In this document: piece by piece, positions 18,686 to 27,731 of the stretch
How the letters are laid out: the number at the start of each line of letters is the position of its first letter
Numbering within the stretch: the first letter of the stretch is position 1
Assembly (NCBI GenBank): GCA_964553615.1
Contig: CAZKMA010000021.1
Coordinates: forward strand, 4,402-68,401
Reading direction: 5' to 3'
DNA: 64,000 nucleotides
Origin: an uncultured Spirochaetales bacterium
GTDB taxonomy: Bacteria > Spirochaetota > Spirochaetia > DSM-27196 > DATKUC01
Program-made: the position numbers and the translations under genes
The notes under the pieces: model-generated
Databases searched by the model: none
What the model saw: only the letters and a program-made list of their open reading frames with translations
What the model was told of the DNA's origin: nothing

Positions 18686-19096
18686 CTACGGATTCTGCCC
18701 GCTCTGAGCTTTCCCGTTCTGCTGTTGTTTGAGGTAATCCTGCAGGATCTGAACGAGCTCCTGGAGCGTCTCTTTCGGAATCTGATTCAAACGGGCTTCC
18801 ATCTGAGAAGCGAGTTTCTTCAGTTCAGCCGTTGATTCCTTTGTCTTCTGAATGTCTCCGATGAGGGACTCCATCGTTGCGCGGAGCTCGCTCAGACTCT
18901 TCACGTCCGACTTGACCTTGCGCACCTCGTTCGTGTTTTCGGCAATACCTGCGCGGGTCTCCTCCTGTACGGTGGCCAGGTGTGTGTCCACGTACTGGGT
19001 AGTGGCGAGGAATCCAAGAAATCCGGTGGAAGCACAACTCGAGAGCAGGAGGCTGAGAGAGATCGCACCGACGGCCATGGAAAGAGAAAGCTTCAT
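18686..19096 (-). CDS. coiled-coil lipoprotein
   Basis: Signal plus lipobox (LSLLLSSC), then a heptad-rich, Glu/Lys/Gln-rich sequence to the C-terminus. Confidence 0.7.
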   Translation of the reverse strand: MKLSLSMAVGAISLSLLLSSCASTGFLGFLATTQYVDTHLATVQEETRAGIAENTNEVRKVKSDVKSLSELRATMESLIGDIQKTKESTAELKKLASQMEARLNQIPKETLQELVQILQDYLKQQQNGKAQSGQNP

Positions 19097-19146
19097 GGTT
19101 CACCTCCGAAACGGTTCCTATTCCTATCATGGAGCAACCGCAGGAC

Positions 19147-20094
19147 TCAAGTGGAGATGAGTGTATTGACGGCTTCCGTCGCTGCGGCAATCTGCGTGGC
19201 CGGGTCTTCGGGCAGGACACGAAAGGGCGTCCCCATCGCAGAGAGAAGGGAACCGTACGTCTCCAGTTGTTCTCCCGCGGAGCGTGGATCGATGAGAGTC
19301 AGGTCGTAGTGGTCGCGCTCTGCCGCCTGCTGAAGCAGAAGCAGGGTCCGTGAATCAATGTCCGGGAATCTCGCACGCGCCTCGACGCCGATGCGAAGTG
19401 CGGATGTCGCGATGATCAGCACGCGATCGGCCTGACGTGCGAGCGCAGCTTCGGATGCATGCTGGGCGCGCAGAATGATGGAAAGATCCGAAGGTTCTAT
19501 TGACCGGTTGTGGTATTTCTCCCAGAAAATCTGATAGGCAGGTACAAAGAGCGTTTCAAAATGCTGAGCCACCGCGTGCGCGAACCCATCGCTCTCTGAT
19601 ATTATCTGGACCCGTTTCAGGAAGTAGGGACGGACCGGTTCCGGGATATACTTCCAGTACCGCATAGGGGAAGTTCGAATATCGGTTGCCGAAACGGGGA
19701 ACTGCGTTCGTGACGGATCCACTGCAATGAATGTTGCCCCAAGATCTGAAGCAAGCTGTATTCCGTACTGTTCAGACGCAAATACGAAGGAAATGGGGCC
19801 GCTCACGTGCGATCGGATAGTGTCCGCCCAGATACCCGTTGACCCGGGAACATCCTTCCGTGCTTCCGGGACTGCTTCGGTAATATGGACCATCTGAACG
19901 CCCGGAAAGAGTTCCTTCATCCACGAGTATCTCAGGCTTCCGGGAATCGGTTCGTTCGGAAGGGTGCATACGAGTACCGTCAGCTCATCGCAATAGCTGC
20001 GTGCAAAGTTGACCAGGTAGAGATGCCCGTAGTGGGGAGGCATGAAGCGGCCAATGACCACGCCACGAGTGGGGGTGTGGGACGTTGTTTGCAT
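19147..20094 (-). CDS. nadR: NadR-type nicotinamide-nucleotide adenylyltransferase with degenerate ribosylnicotinamide-kinase-like domain
   Basis: N-terminal cytidylyltransferase motif GVVIGRFMPPHYGHLYLV (H-x-G-H). The C-terminal half aligns in layout with the NadR kinase domain, but the P-loop position reads IISESDGFA, with no GK[ST]. Confidence 0.7.
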   Translation of the reverse strand: MQTTSHTPTRGVVIGRFMPPHYGHLYLVNFARSYCDELTVLVCTLPNEPIPGSLRYSWMKELFPGVQMVHITEAVPEARKDVPGSTGIWADTIRSHVSGPISFVFASEQYGIQLASDLGATFIAVDPSRTQFPVSATDIRTSPMRYWKYIPEPVRPYFLKRVQIISESDGFAHAVAQHFETLFVPAYQIFWEKYHNRSIEPSDLSIILRAQHASEAALARQADRVLIIATSALRIGVEARARFPDIDSRTLLLLQQAAERDHYDLTLIDPRSAGEQLETYGSLLSAMGTPFRVLPEDPATQIAAATEAVNTLIST

Positions 20095-20139
20095 AACCGG
20101 TCAACTATAGTAACATTAATCCCGGGGAGGGGGAACATC

Positions 20140-21123
20140 ATGCACGAAGATCGCACATACCTTATTGGATTCGACCTCGGCGGTACGAAGATGCTCGGCT
20201 GCCTTCTGGACCGGAAACTCGACATCGTGGCGCGAAACAAACAGAAGGTTGGAGACGGTTCCAGCGCCGAGCAGGTGTTCACCCGGATCCTGAGCTGCAT
20301 TCACAATCTGCTCGAGACGGCGAAGGTCGACATTTCTCAAGTTGCAGGAGCCGGAGTAGCTATCCCCGGGCCTATCGATCTTGCGAACGGTGTTGTGCTG
20401 GAGACCCCGAACCTCGGATTCCGCAATTTTCCGCTGAAGAAGCGACTGGCTGCGGAACTTGGAATTCCCGTCATCCTTGAGAATGATGTGAACGCCGGGA
20501 CGTACGGCGAGTACGTGAAGGGGGTCGCAAAGGGTATGAAGCACCTCCTCGGCGTATTTCCCGGAACGGGGATTGGCGGCGGGATCATCATAGACGGGAA
20601 ACTCTATCGCGGGGCAACCGGCGGCGCCGGCGAGGTTGGCCATATGATCATACAGGTAGACGGCAGACTTTGCGGCTGCGGCCAGTACGGTTGCCTCGAA
20701 TCGGTTGCGTCCAAAACGGCAATCTCGAAGGATGCAGCAATGCTCGCCGCGACCGGCAGCGCGCAGACCATGGCCAAGCTCGCCGGAAGCGACATCTCGA
20801 AGATGAAGAGCAGTGTTTTTTCCAAAGCGATTGTCGGAGGCGACAAATCCATTGCACGTCTTGTAGACCGTTCCGCGAGCTTCCTCGGGATCGGGCTGGC
20901 CAATCTTGTGAACATTTTCAATCCCGAGGCAATAGTCCTTGGCGGCGGACTCGTTGAGCGATTCGGGAAATCGTACGTGGCGATTGTTGAGCGGTCCATG
21001 CAGGAGCACGCTATGCCGTATCTGGCGAAGGGCGTGAAGCTTCTGGAAGCACAACTGGGCGATGATGCGGTGGCGATTGGAGTCGGATCGCTCCTGTCGG
21101 ATCATCTTGCCGATCGGAAATAG
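20140..21123 (+). CDS. ROK family sugar kinase (glucokinase-like)
   Basis: YLIGFDLGGTKM (ATP-binding DxGGT). ROK signature with zinc cysteines (GEVGHMII...CGCGQYGCLE). The ATG at 20140 is preceded by a G-rich RBS. Confidence 0.85.
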   Translation: MHEDRTYLIGFDLGGTKMLGCLLDRKLDIVARNKQKVGDGSSAEQVFTRILSCIHNLLETAKVDISQVAGAGVAIPGPIDLANGVVLETPNLGFRNFPLKKRLAAELGIPVILENDVNAGTYGEYVKGVAKGMKHLLGVFPGTGIGGGIIIDGKLYRGATGGAGEVGHMIIQVDGRLCGCGQYGCLESVASKTAISKDAAMLAATGSAQTMAKLAGSDISKMKSSVFSKAIVGGDKSIARLVDRSASFLGIGLANLVNIFNPEAIVLGGGLVERFGKSYVAIVERSMQEHAMPYLAKGVKLLEAQLGDDAVAIGVGSLLSDHLADRK

Positions 21124-21134
21124 CACGTAAAAAC

Positions 21135-22685
21135 ATGGAAGCGAAACGTCCGCACGGCTACAAGACAGTAGCGGTCATCGATATCGGCTCGACGGCAATC
21201 CGCATGGTCATAGCGGAGATCGACCCGGAAGGGGACTGGCGAAGGCTTGACCGGGCAGCGAAACCGCTCCCGCTCGGACGGGATGTATTCATGTCCGGAT
21301 ACCTCAGCCGGGAAACAATGCTCGGGGCGGTGAAAATTCTGACCGGATTTCTGGAACTGCTGTCCGGCTGGCACATAAGCCCCAGAGACGTGCGGGTAAT
21401 TGCGACCAGTGCCATCCGCGAGGCACGGAATCGGGATACCTTTGTTGACAGGGTTTCCATCCGGACCGGACTCCGTATCAACATCATAGAAGGCGTCGAA
21501 GAGAACCATCTCACCTATCTCGCGGTCCAGCATGCCGTAACCAACATGCAGGGACCGTTCGCCCGTTCGAGCTCCCTGATCATCGAGGTCGGTGGCGGGA
21601 CGACCGAGGTCATGATGCTGGATCGAGGAAAGATGGTCGCGGCGCACTCTTTCCGCATCGGGACTGTACGGATCGAACAGACGGTGAGGCCACGCTGGGA
21701 ATCCGGAAGCCAGATGGAAGAGTATCTCCGCGAAAATCTTCGGGGAACTCTGGAGATAATGAACACGGAGTTGAAGCTTGCGCGCATCCACTACTTTGTG
21801 GCAGTCGGTGGAGATGCACGCCTTGCCGCCTCCAATGTTGGGCGTCAGGAAGCGGAACATTACTGGCTCATCGACAAGAAGGCATTTAACGATTTCCTGA
21901 CGGAACTCGAAGAGCTTTCGGTCGATCAGATTGTGAGCAAACTCGCTGTAACATATAACGAGGCGGAAGGACTCGTGCCGGCACTTGTCATCTATCGTCT
22001 TTTTCTCGAGGCCACGAGCGCTACCCAGCTCATTGTTCCGGACGTCAGTATCCGAGAAGGAATGCTCGTCAGTTTCGCGCTCGGAACCGCGAAGGATGTC
22101 GAACAGCAGCTGTATGGCCAGGTCATCACATCCGCGATGAGTATTGGCCGAAAGTATCATTCGGACGAGAAACACGCGCTGCACGTCCGGAATCTGGCAC
22201 TATCATTTTTTGATCAGTTCCAGGCCGAACACGGGCTGGACGGACACTCCCGCCTTCTCATGGAAGTTGCGGCCATCCTGCACGACATCGGGAACTTCGT
22301 GCGCGCGAGTGGCCACCACAAGCATGGGCAATATCTGGTCGCGAATTCGGAGATTTTCGGGCTGTCGCGGGACGATATACGGATCATCTCCAACGTAATT
22401 CGCTATCATCGAAAATCAATGCCGTTGGCATCGCACAGTACCTTCATCTCTCTTCGCCAGGAACAACGGATTGTGGTTCAAAAGATTGCGGCAATGCTTC
22501 GCATTGCCGACGGACTGGATCGCAGCCATCTGCAGCGCGTGAAGTCAGTCCGGATCGAGGTGAAGGAGGGCGATCTCCTGGTCCACTGTGAGAACCACGG
22601 AGATATCTCGGTGGAGAAATACGGCATGCCGGCAAAGGCACAGATGTTCGAGGATGTGTTCGGATACAATGTTGTGATCACATAA
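21135..22685 (+). CDS. ppx: exopolyphosphatase / GppA phosphatase with C-terminal HD domain
   Basis: Ppx/GppA ASKHA fold (VAVIDIGSTAIRMVIAEI...ATSAIREARN...EVGGGTTE) and an HD region (AAILHDIGNFV..SGHHKHG). Confidence 0.9.
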   Translation: MEAKRPHGYKTVAVIDIGSTAIRMVIAEIDPEGDWRRLDRAAKPLPLGRDVFMSGYLSRETMLGAVKILTGFLELLSGWHISPRDVRVIATSAIREARNRDTFVDRVSIRTGLRINIIEGVEENHLTYLAVQHAVTNMQGPFARSSSLIIEVGGGTTEVMMLDRGKMVAAHSFRIGTVRIEQTVRPRWESGSQMEEYLRENLRGTLEIMNTELKLARIHYFVAVGGDARLAASNVGRQEAEHYWLIDKKAFNDFLTELEELSVDQIVSKLAVTYNEAEGLVPALVIYRLFLEATSATQLIVPDVSIREGMLVSFALGTAKDVEQQLYGQVITSAMSIGRKYHSDEKHALHVRNLALSFFDQFQAEHGLDGHSRLLMEVAAILHDIGNFVRASGHHKHGQYLVANSEIFGLSRDDIRIISNVIRYHRKSMPLASHSTFISLRQEQRIVVQKIAAMLRIADGLDRSHLQRVKSVRIEVKEGDLLVHCENHGDISVEKYGMPAKAQMFEDVFGYNVVIT

Positions 22686-22699
22686 GGGCAAGTTTAATT

Positions 22700-24868
22700 A
22701 TGGAAAATGTAGTTCGCAGGTACAAGAAGCACGAAGGGGGCCGCTACTTCAATCGGGAGTTGAGCTGGATCGAGTTCAACCGTCGGGTGTTGTCCGAGGC
22801 TATTCGACAGGACATCCCCCTTCTGGAACGGCTTCGATTTCTCTGCATTGTGGCATCAAATTTCGACGAGTTCTTCATGGTCAGGGTGGCATCTCTGAAG
22901 CGGCAGATTCAGACCCGGAACAAGGTTGTATGTCCGTCCGGAATGAGCCCCGAAGAGCAGTTGCGCGAAGTCATACAGCGAGTCCGAGAAATGGTTGCAA
23001 CGAAGTATGATTGCCTGCTGAACGACATCATGCCGAAACTCGGAGATGCCGGCCTTCTGCTCAAGACACCGGAGACGTATTCGCCGCAACAGAAGAGATA
23101 TCTGGAGGAGCTGTTTCGGGAGGAGATCTTTCCCGTTTTAACCCCCGTCCGATGCGAGCTTGGCAAACCTCTTCCCTATTCGGGAAATCTCCGGCTTCAT
23201 GCGGCGTTTCTGCTTCGACCGATCGTACGCGAACATCTTCTTATTCCCGAAGCGGGGGAGCTTTCGTTTGCCATTGTGCAGATTCCATCCGGTATACCGA
23301 GGATTCTCTACCTGCCGGATTCTGAAGGCTCAGTCTCTTTCGCTCTGCTCGAACACGTGGTTGTCGAACATGCAGCCCAGCTGTTCCCGGGTTACGAAAT
23401 TGTTGAAGACATCTTCTTCCGTGTAACACGCGACGCCGACCTGGGCGTGGACGAAGAACGCGATGAAGACTTTGTCGAGGCGATGACTCAGGTCCTCGAA
23501 TCTCGCCGATCCGGAATGGCAGTACGATTGAGCCTGAACAAACCCACTGCACGCTTGCGAAACATCCTTACCGAGGCACTTGGCCTGGACCCGTCCGAGG
23601 TGTATGTCAAAACAGACCCGATGGATCTGAGTACCTTCATGGAGCTGGTGGAATTACCGGGCTTTGATCATCTTCGGAACGAGAAGTGGATTCCGCAGGA
23701 TTCGCCCTATGTTCCCGAGGAAAGCTCCATCTGGGATGCAATCAAGAAGCAGGACATTCTTCTTCATCATCCCTTCGAATCGTTCGGTCCCGTAATTCGT
23801 CTGGTGCGGGAGTCTGCCGAGGATCCGGCTGTTCTTGCAATCAAAATGACACTGTACCGTACCAGCGGAACGTCGCCTATTGTGCACGCGCTGGAGCTCG
23901 CCGCTGAAAATGGGAAACAGGTGACCGTTCTCGTTGAACTCAAGGCACGATTTGATGAAGAGCAGAATATCGAATGGGCCCAGCGGCTGGAACGCGCAGG
24001 GGTCATTGTGGTGTACGGCATTGCGCGCTTGAAAGTGCACGCAAAGGCGCTTCTTATTATCCGGCGGGAGGAGAAAGGGATAACCCGTTACGTCCACCTC
24101 GGCACCGGCAACTATAACGACAAGACCGCGCGACTGTACACCGATCTTGGCCTCCTGACCGCAGATGATGATCTCGCCTACGAGGTTGGTCTGTTCTTCA
24201 ATTCCATTACCGGTTATTCCGCAATTCCCGCACTCAGTAAGCTCGTCATGGCGCCCACAGCGCTGAAGGGACGGTTGCTGCAGCTCATTGACCGGGAAGC
24301 TCAGAGGTCGACTCCGGAAAATCCCGGGGTGGTTATCCTCAAGCTGAATGCCCTTGCGGATCCGGACATCATAGAGGCGCTCTATCGCGCATCGGGCCTC
24401 GGAGTCAGAATCTCTCTCATCGTTCGTGGAATCTGTATGCTCGTTCCGGGAGTGCAGGAGATGAGCGAAAACATTACCGTCATGAGCGTCGTGGACCGGT
24501 ATCTGGAGCATTCGCGTCTCTACTACTTTTACAACGGCGGAGCCGAGGAAATATTTTGCGGCAGCGCGGATCTCATGCCGCGGAACCTCGAAAGACGCGT
24601 GGAGCTGCTGTTCCCTGTCGAAGATGCCGGACTGAAGAAGCGTATCAAGAAGGTTCTGGACACCTACCTGACCGACAGCTCGAACTCTCACATACTCCAG
24701 AAGGATGGAAGTTACGTCAGACGGGTGCCGGGGAGTGGCCCGGCAAAGCGATCTCAGCAGGTGCTCTACGATGCCGCCCGCAGCAGGGCGGACATCGTAG
24801 CTCCGGTCAATCGGAAAGAGTTCAATGTTCGCCGCAAGCCTTCCGCCTCCGGCCGTGCGCATGTCTAG
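22700..24868 (+). CDS. ppk: polyphosphate kinase 1
   Basis: YFNRELSWIEFNRRVLSEA at the N-terminus. Two PLD-like HKD-type domains (KVHAKALLI, YLEHSRLYYF). Full-length PPK1 layout. Confidence 0.95.
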   Translation: MENVVRRYKKHEGGRYFNRELSWIEFNRRVLSEAIRQDIPLLERLRFLCIVASNFDEFFMVRVASLKRQIQTRNKVVCPSGMSPEEQLREVIQRVREMVATKYDCLLNDIMPKLGDAGLLLKTPETYSPQQKRYLEELFREEIFPVLTPVRCELGKPLPYSGNLRLHAAFLLRPIVREHLLIPEAGELSFAIVQIPSGIPRILYLPDSEGSVSFALLEHVVVEHAAQLFPGYEIVEDIFFRVTRDADLGVDEERDEDFVEAMTQVLESRRSGMAVRLSLNKPTARLRNILTEALGLDPSEVYVKTDPMDLSTFMELVELPGFDHLRNEKWIPQDSPYVPEESSIWDAIKKQDILLHHPFESFGPVIRLVRESAEDPAVLAIKMTLYRTSGTSPIVHALELAAENGKQVTVLVELKARFDEEQNIEWAQRLERAGVIVVYGIARLKVHAKALLIIRREEKGITRYVHLGTGNYNDKTARLYTDLGLLTADDDLAYEVGLFFNSITGYSAIPALSKLVMAPTALKGRLLQLIDREAQRSTPENPGVVILKLNALADPDIIEALYRASGLGVRISLIVRGICMLVPGVQEMSENITVMSVVDRYLEHSRLYYFYNGGAEEIFCGSADLMPRNLERRVELLFPVEDAGLKKRIKKVLDTYLTDSSNSHILQKDGSYVRRVPGSGPAKRSQQVLYDAARSRADIVAPVNRKEFNVRRKPSASGRAHV

Positions 24869-24947
24869 CTCTTTCGGTATAAGCGACCGTGTTGATTTTT
24901 CGGCCTCCAGGTTGCGGATGTCTCGCCGTACCGTTAAAGTGACGAAT

Positions 24948-25370
24948 ATGGACCGTGAAGCATTACGCGAGGATCTCGAACACGCAATCAAGCTCACATT
25001 TTCCCGTTCCGGAGGCGCGGGAGGCCAAAACGTAAACAAGGTGAATACGCGAGTTACCGCGCGGGTTGAAATAGCCTCCCTGAAGTCGCTCTCTCCGGAT
25101 CAGATTGAGCGGATTCGCTCAGGGCTCTCCAATCGAGTGAACGAATTGGGAGAGCTCGTCATTCATGTAGGCGAAGAGCGATCCCAGCTCCGGAATCGCC
25201 AGATTGCAGTCGAACGGTTGGTTGAGCTACTCGTCTCATTCGGGAGACGACCACGAACGCGACGGCCTACCCGGCCCAGCCGTGCATCTCGCGAAACCCG
25301 GCTCCGAGGGAAGCGAAAGCAGAGCGTCAAGAAGCATCTTCGCAGCAATCATGGGCTGGACGAACAATGA
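24948..25370 (+). CDS. arfB: alternative ribosome-rescue factor ArfB (peptidyl-tRNA hydrolase, GGQ domain)
   Basis: RSGGAGGQNVNKVNT GGQ motif plus a basic C-terminal tail (RRPRTRRPTRPSRASRETRLRGKRKQSVKK). The ATG at 24948 is preferred over the track start, which overlaps ppk. Confidence 0.9.
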   Translation: MDREALREDLEHAIKLTFSRSGGAGGQNVNKVNTRVTARVEIASLKSLSPDQIERIRSGLSNRVNELGELVIHVGEERSQLRNRQIAVERLVELLVSFGRRPRTRRPTRPSRASRETRLRGKRKQSVKKHLRSNHGLDEQ

Positions 25371-25402
25371 CACTTCAAGTATTGCATTGAGAGGGGGGGG
25401 AG

Positions 25403-26260
25403 ATGGCCCATTGCGTTGTACCGGAAGCCGAGGAGATTCTAGACGTCGAGTTCAAGGTTCTCGACCATGGGTTTGTTCGACTTGTCGATTATATGGGGGG
25501 CGACGAGCGCATTGTGCAGGCGGCGCGTGTCTCCTACGGAGCAGGAACAAAATCCTACCGCCAGGACCGTGCACTCATAGATTACCTGTTGAGAAATGAG
25601 CACACATCTCCGTTTGAACAGGTCAGCCTCACTTTTCATGCCAAGATGCCCATTTTTGTCGCGCGACAGTGGGTCCGGCACCGTACGGCGCGGCTGAACG
25701 AGATTTCCGGTCGGTACAGCGTTATCAAGGACGAATTCTACGTGCCGGAGGGCGACAAGATCGCCATGCAGAGCGAAGACAACAAGCAGGGCAGGGAGAC
25801 GGCGCCGATGGCGGAACCGCTTCAGGAGAAGGTGCGAGATTCGATTACGGCGGGCCAACGGGCGGCCTACGAATCGTACGAGGAGTTGCTCGCCACTGGT
25901 CTGGCGCGGGAGATAGCGCGCATCAACTTGCCGCTCAGCACGTACACCGAATGGTACTGGCAGATAGATCTGCACAACCTTTTCCACTTCCTTCATCTTC
26001 GGATGGATCCGCACGCCCAGTTCGAGATCCGTGAATATGCACGCACCATGTTCGATATCGCGACGAGGGTGTGCCCCGCCGCGTGCGCATCGTTCCAGGA
26101 GCACATCCTTGGCTCGGTTAAGCTGTCACGATCGGAGTTTGAGCTGGTAAGGCAGATGTCGGACGATGATACGGTTCGCCGACTCGCCGCGGAGAGTAAT
26201 ATTTCGGGCCGTGCGCTCGATCGGCTGATCGAAAAGATGAAGGGGAATTCTTCACCCTGA
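25403..26260 (+). CDS. thyX: FAD-dependent thymidylate synthase
   Basis: ThyX motif RHRTARLNEISGRYS and the surrounding conserved blocks (HTSPFEQVSLTFHAKMPIFVARQW). Confidence 0.95.
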   Translation: MAHCVVPEAEEILDVEFKVLDHGFVRLVDYMGGDERIVQAARVSYGAGTKSYRQDRALIDYLLRNEHTSPFEQVSLTFHAKMPIFVARQWVRHRTARLNEISGRYSVIKDEFYVPEGDKIAMQSEDNKQGRETAPMAEPLQEKVRDSITAGQRAAYESYEELLATGLAREIARINLPLSTYTEWYWQIDLHNLFHFLHLRMDPHAQFEIREYARTMFDIATRVCPAACASFQEHILGSVKLSRSEFELVRQMSDDDTVRRLAAESNISGRALDRLIEKMKGNSSP

Positions 26261-26394
26261 ATCACGGAATAAGTGGATTTGATGTTGTTTCTTTGTGCAT
26301 AATTTATCCAAAAAACAAAAAGAGAACAATATCTCATTTTCTGCTTGATTCATTGAGGATTGTGTTGTATCCTCCTCTAACGAGGAGACATGTT

Positions 26395-26883
26395 ATGGCT
26401 GAGGAAACGATTGTCGAAAAATCACAGTTTCTGACGTTCACGCTCGATCAGGAGCAGTATGCGATTGACGTGGCAAAAGTGAAGGAAGTCCTTGAGTATA
26501 CGAACGTTACACGCGTACCGCGAACCCAGGAGTTTATGCGCGGCGTAATAAACTTGCGCGGCAGCGTCGTTCCGGTAATCGATTTGCGGATGAAGTTTGG
26601 AATGGACAAGACGGAAACGACCATCGACACGTCTATTGTTGTTGTAGAGGTGGAGATAGACGGTGAAACAGTAGTCCTGGGTACGCTGGCAGATTCCGTC
26701 CAGGAGGTCGTCGATCTGGACAGGAATCAGATAGAGCCGGCGCCGCAAATCGGGACAAAGATCAATACCAGCTTTATTCAGGGAATCGGCAAACAGGATG
26801 AGCACTTCATTATCATTCTCAATATTGACCGGGTTTTCACGGATGCGGAAATCCTGAATGTCGCCGAACACGCGACGGCATGA
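26395..26883 (+). CDS. cheW: chemotaxis coupling protein CheW
   Basis: QFLTFTLDQEQYAIDVAKVKEVLEY..VTRVPRTQEFMRGVINLRGSVVPVIDLR is a canonical CheW domain. The ATG at 26395 follows an AT-rich promoter region. Confidence 0.9.
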   Translation: MAEETIVEKSQFLTFTLDQEQYAIDVAKVKEVLEYTNVTRVPRTQEFMRGVINLRGSVVPVIDLRMKFGMDKTETTIDTSIVVVEVEIDGETVVLGTLADSVQEVVDLDRNQIEPAPQIGTKINTSFIQGIGKQDEHFIIILNIDRVFTDAEILNVAEHATA

Positions 26884-26903
26884 TTTTACCGGCATAAGCC
26901 GGA

Positions 26904-27731
26904 TTATCTGACGAGTGCAGACAGGAGTGCCGCTATCACGGCGCCTGTCGCGCAACTCGCAATATTCACCACGTCGTTGTTCACGCCTGATAGCCCGCGG
27001 ATACGTATGTTCTTTGTGCCATCTCCACGGGTTTTTCGTTCGGTTATTCTGCCGGTGGATTCATCCCGGTACGTCGCCTGGATGGTGGCACCGATCACGC
27101 TGTCCACGATTGAGCCCGCGAAACCACTTCCTGTAACAATTCCCACAATCAAGAGGTCGCGGGGCCGGAACGACCAGCTGTTCGTCGCGAGGAGTCCTAT
27201 TCCGTAGATGAGGCCGATGAACAGGGCGCCGAGGAGCGCCGCGACTGTTCCGAATGCCGTTACTCCACCGGACATTCCGGCGGGAACGGCGCGGCCGGAG
27301 ATTATGGACACGGGACGTTGCCGGGAAAGCATTCCAATCTCCGTGGCCCAGGTGTCGGCGTTCGCCTCGGCAAACGATGCGGCAAGTGCGGCGAGCCATA
27401 TGGTGTTGCCGCTCAGCGCGTAGATTGTTGCGGCAAGGAACCCGATGCCGCCGTTCGCCATGACCTGCAGACTGTCTCTGCGATCGCCTTTTTCAATCAT
27501 GACCGCAGACGATTCCTTCCGTGCCCTGCCAATCCTGCTGAGAATCGAGGAAGAGAGGAAGAACGCGCCGAGGACAGTCCACGCCGACCAGCCGGAGAAT
27601 ATGAGAATCCCGGCGCTTACGAGGAATCCGACTGCGGCTCCTCCCGCGGTAACCGCCTTTCTCCAGTATGCGCCTGCGGCCAGCAGAAGATTTACCGCGA
27701 CGATCGTTACAAATGAAACTGGCGATAGCAT
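26904..27731 (-). CDS. DUF92/TMEM19 family membrane protein (VTE6 phytyl-phosphate kinase family)
   Basis: Polytopic Gly/Ala-rich protein with the DUF92-like blocks ...FAEANADTWATEIG... and ...GVNNDVVN.... Its start overlaps the upstream kinase gene's stop by 1 nt. Confidence 0.65.
   Translation of the reverse strand: MLSPVSFVTIVAVNLLLAAGAYWRKAVTAGGAAVGFLVSAGILIFSGWSAWTVLGAFFLSSSILSRIGRARKESSAVMIEKGDRRDSLQVMANGGIGFLAATIYALSGNTIWLAALAASFAEANADTWATEIGMLSRQRPVSIISGRAVPAGMSGGVTAFGTVAALLGALFIGLIYGIGLLATNSWSFRPRDLLIVGIVTGSGFAGSIVDSVIGATIQATYRDESTGRITERKTRGDGTKNIRIRGLSGVNNDVVNIASCATGAVIAALLSALVR

Noticed and set aside
20116-25039. Series of long minus-strand ORFs (336, 360 and 461 aa)
   Set aside because: They are antisense to the ROK kinase, ppx and ppk1, all of which have canonical family motifs on the + strand. 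These are shadow ORFs.
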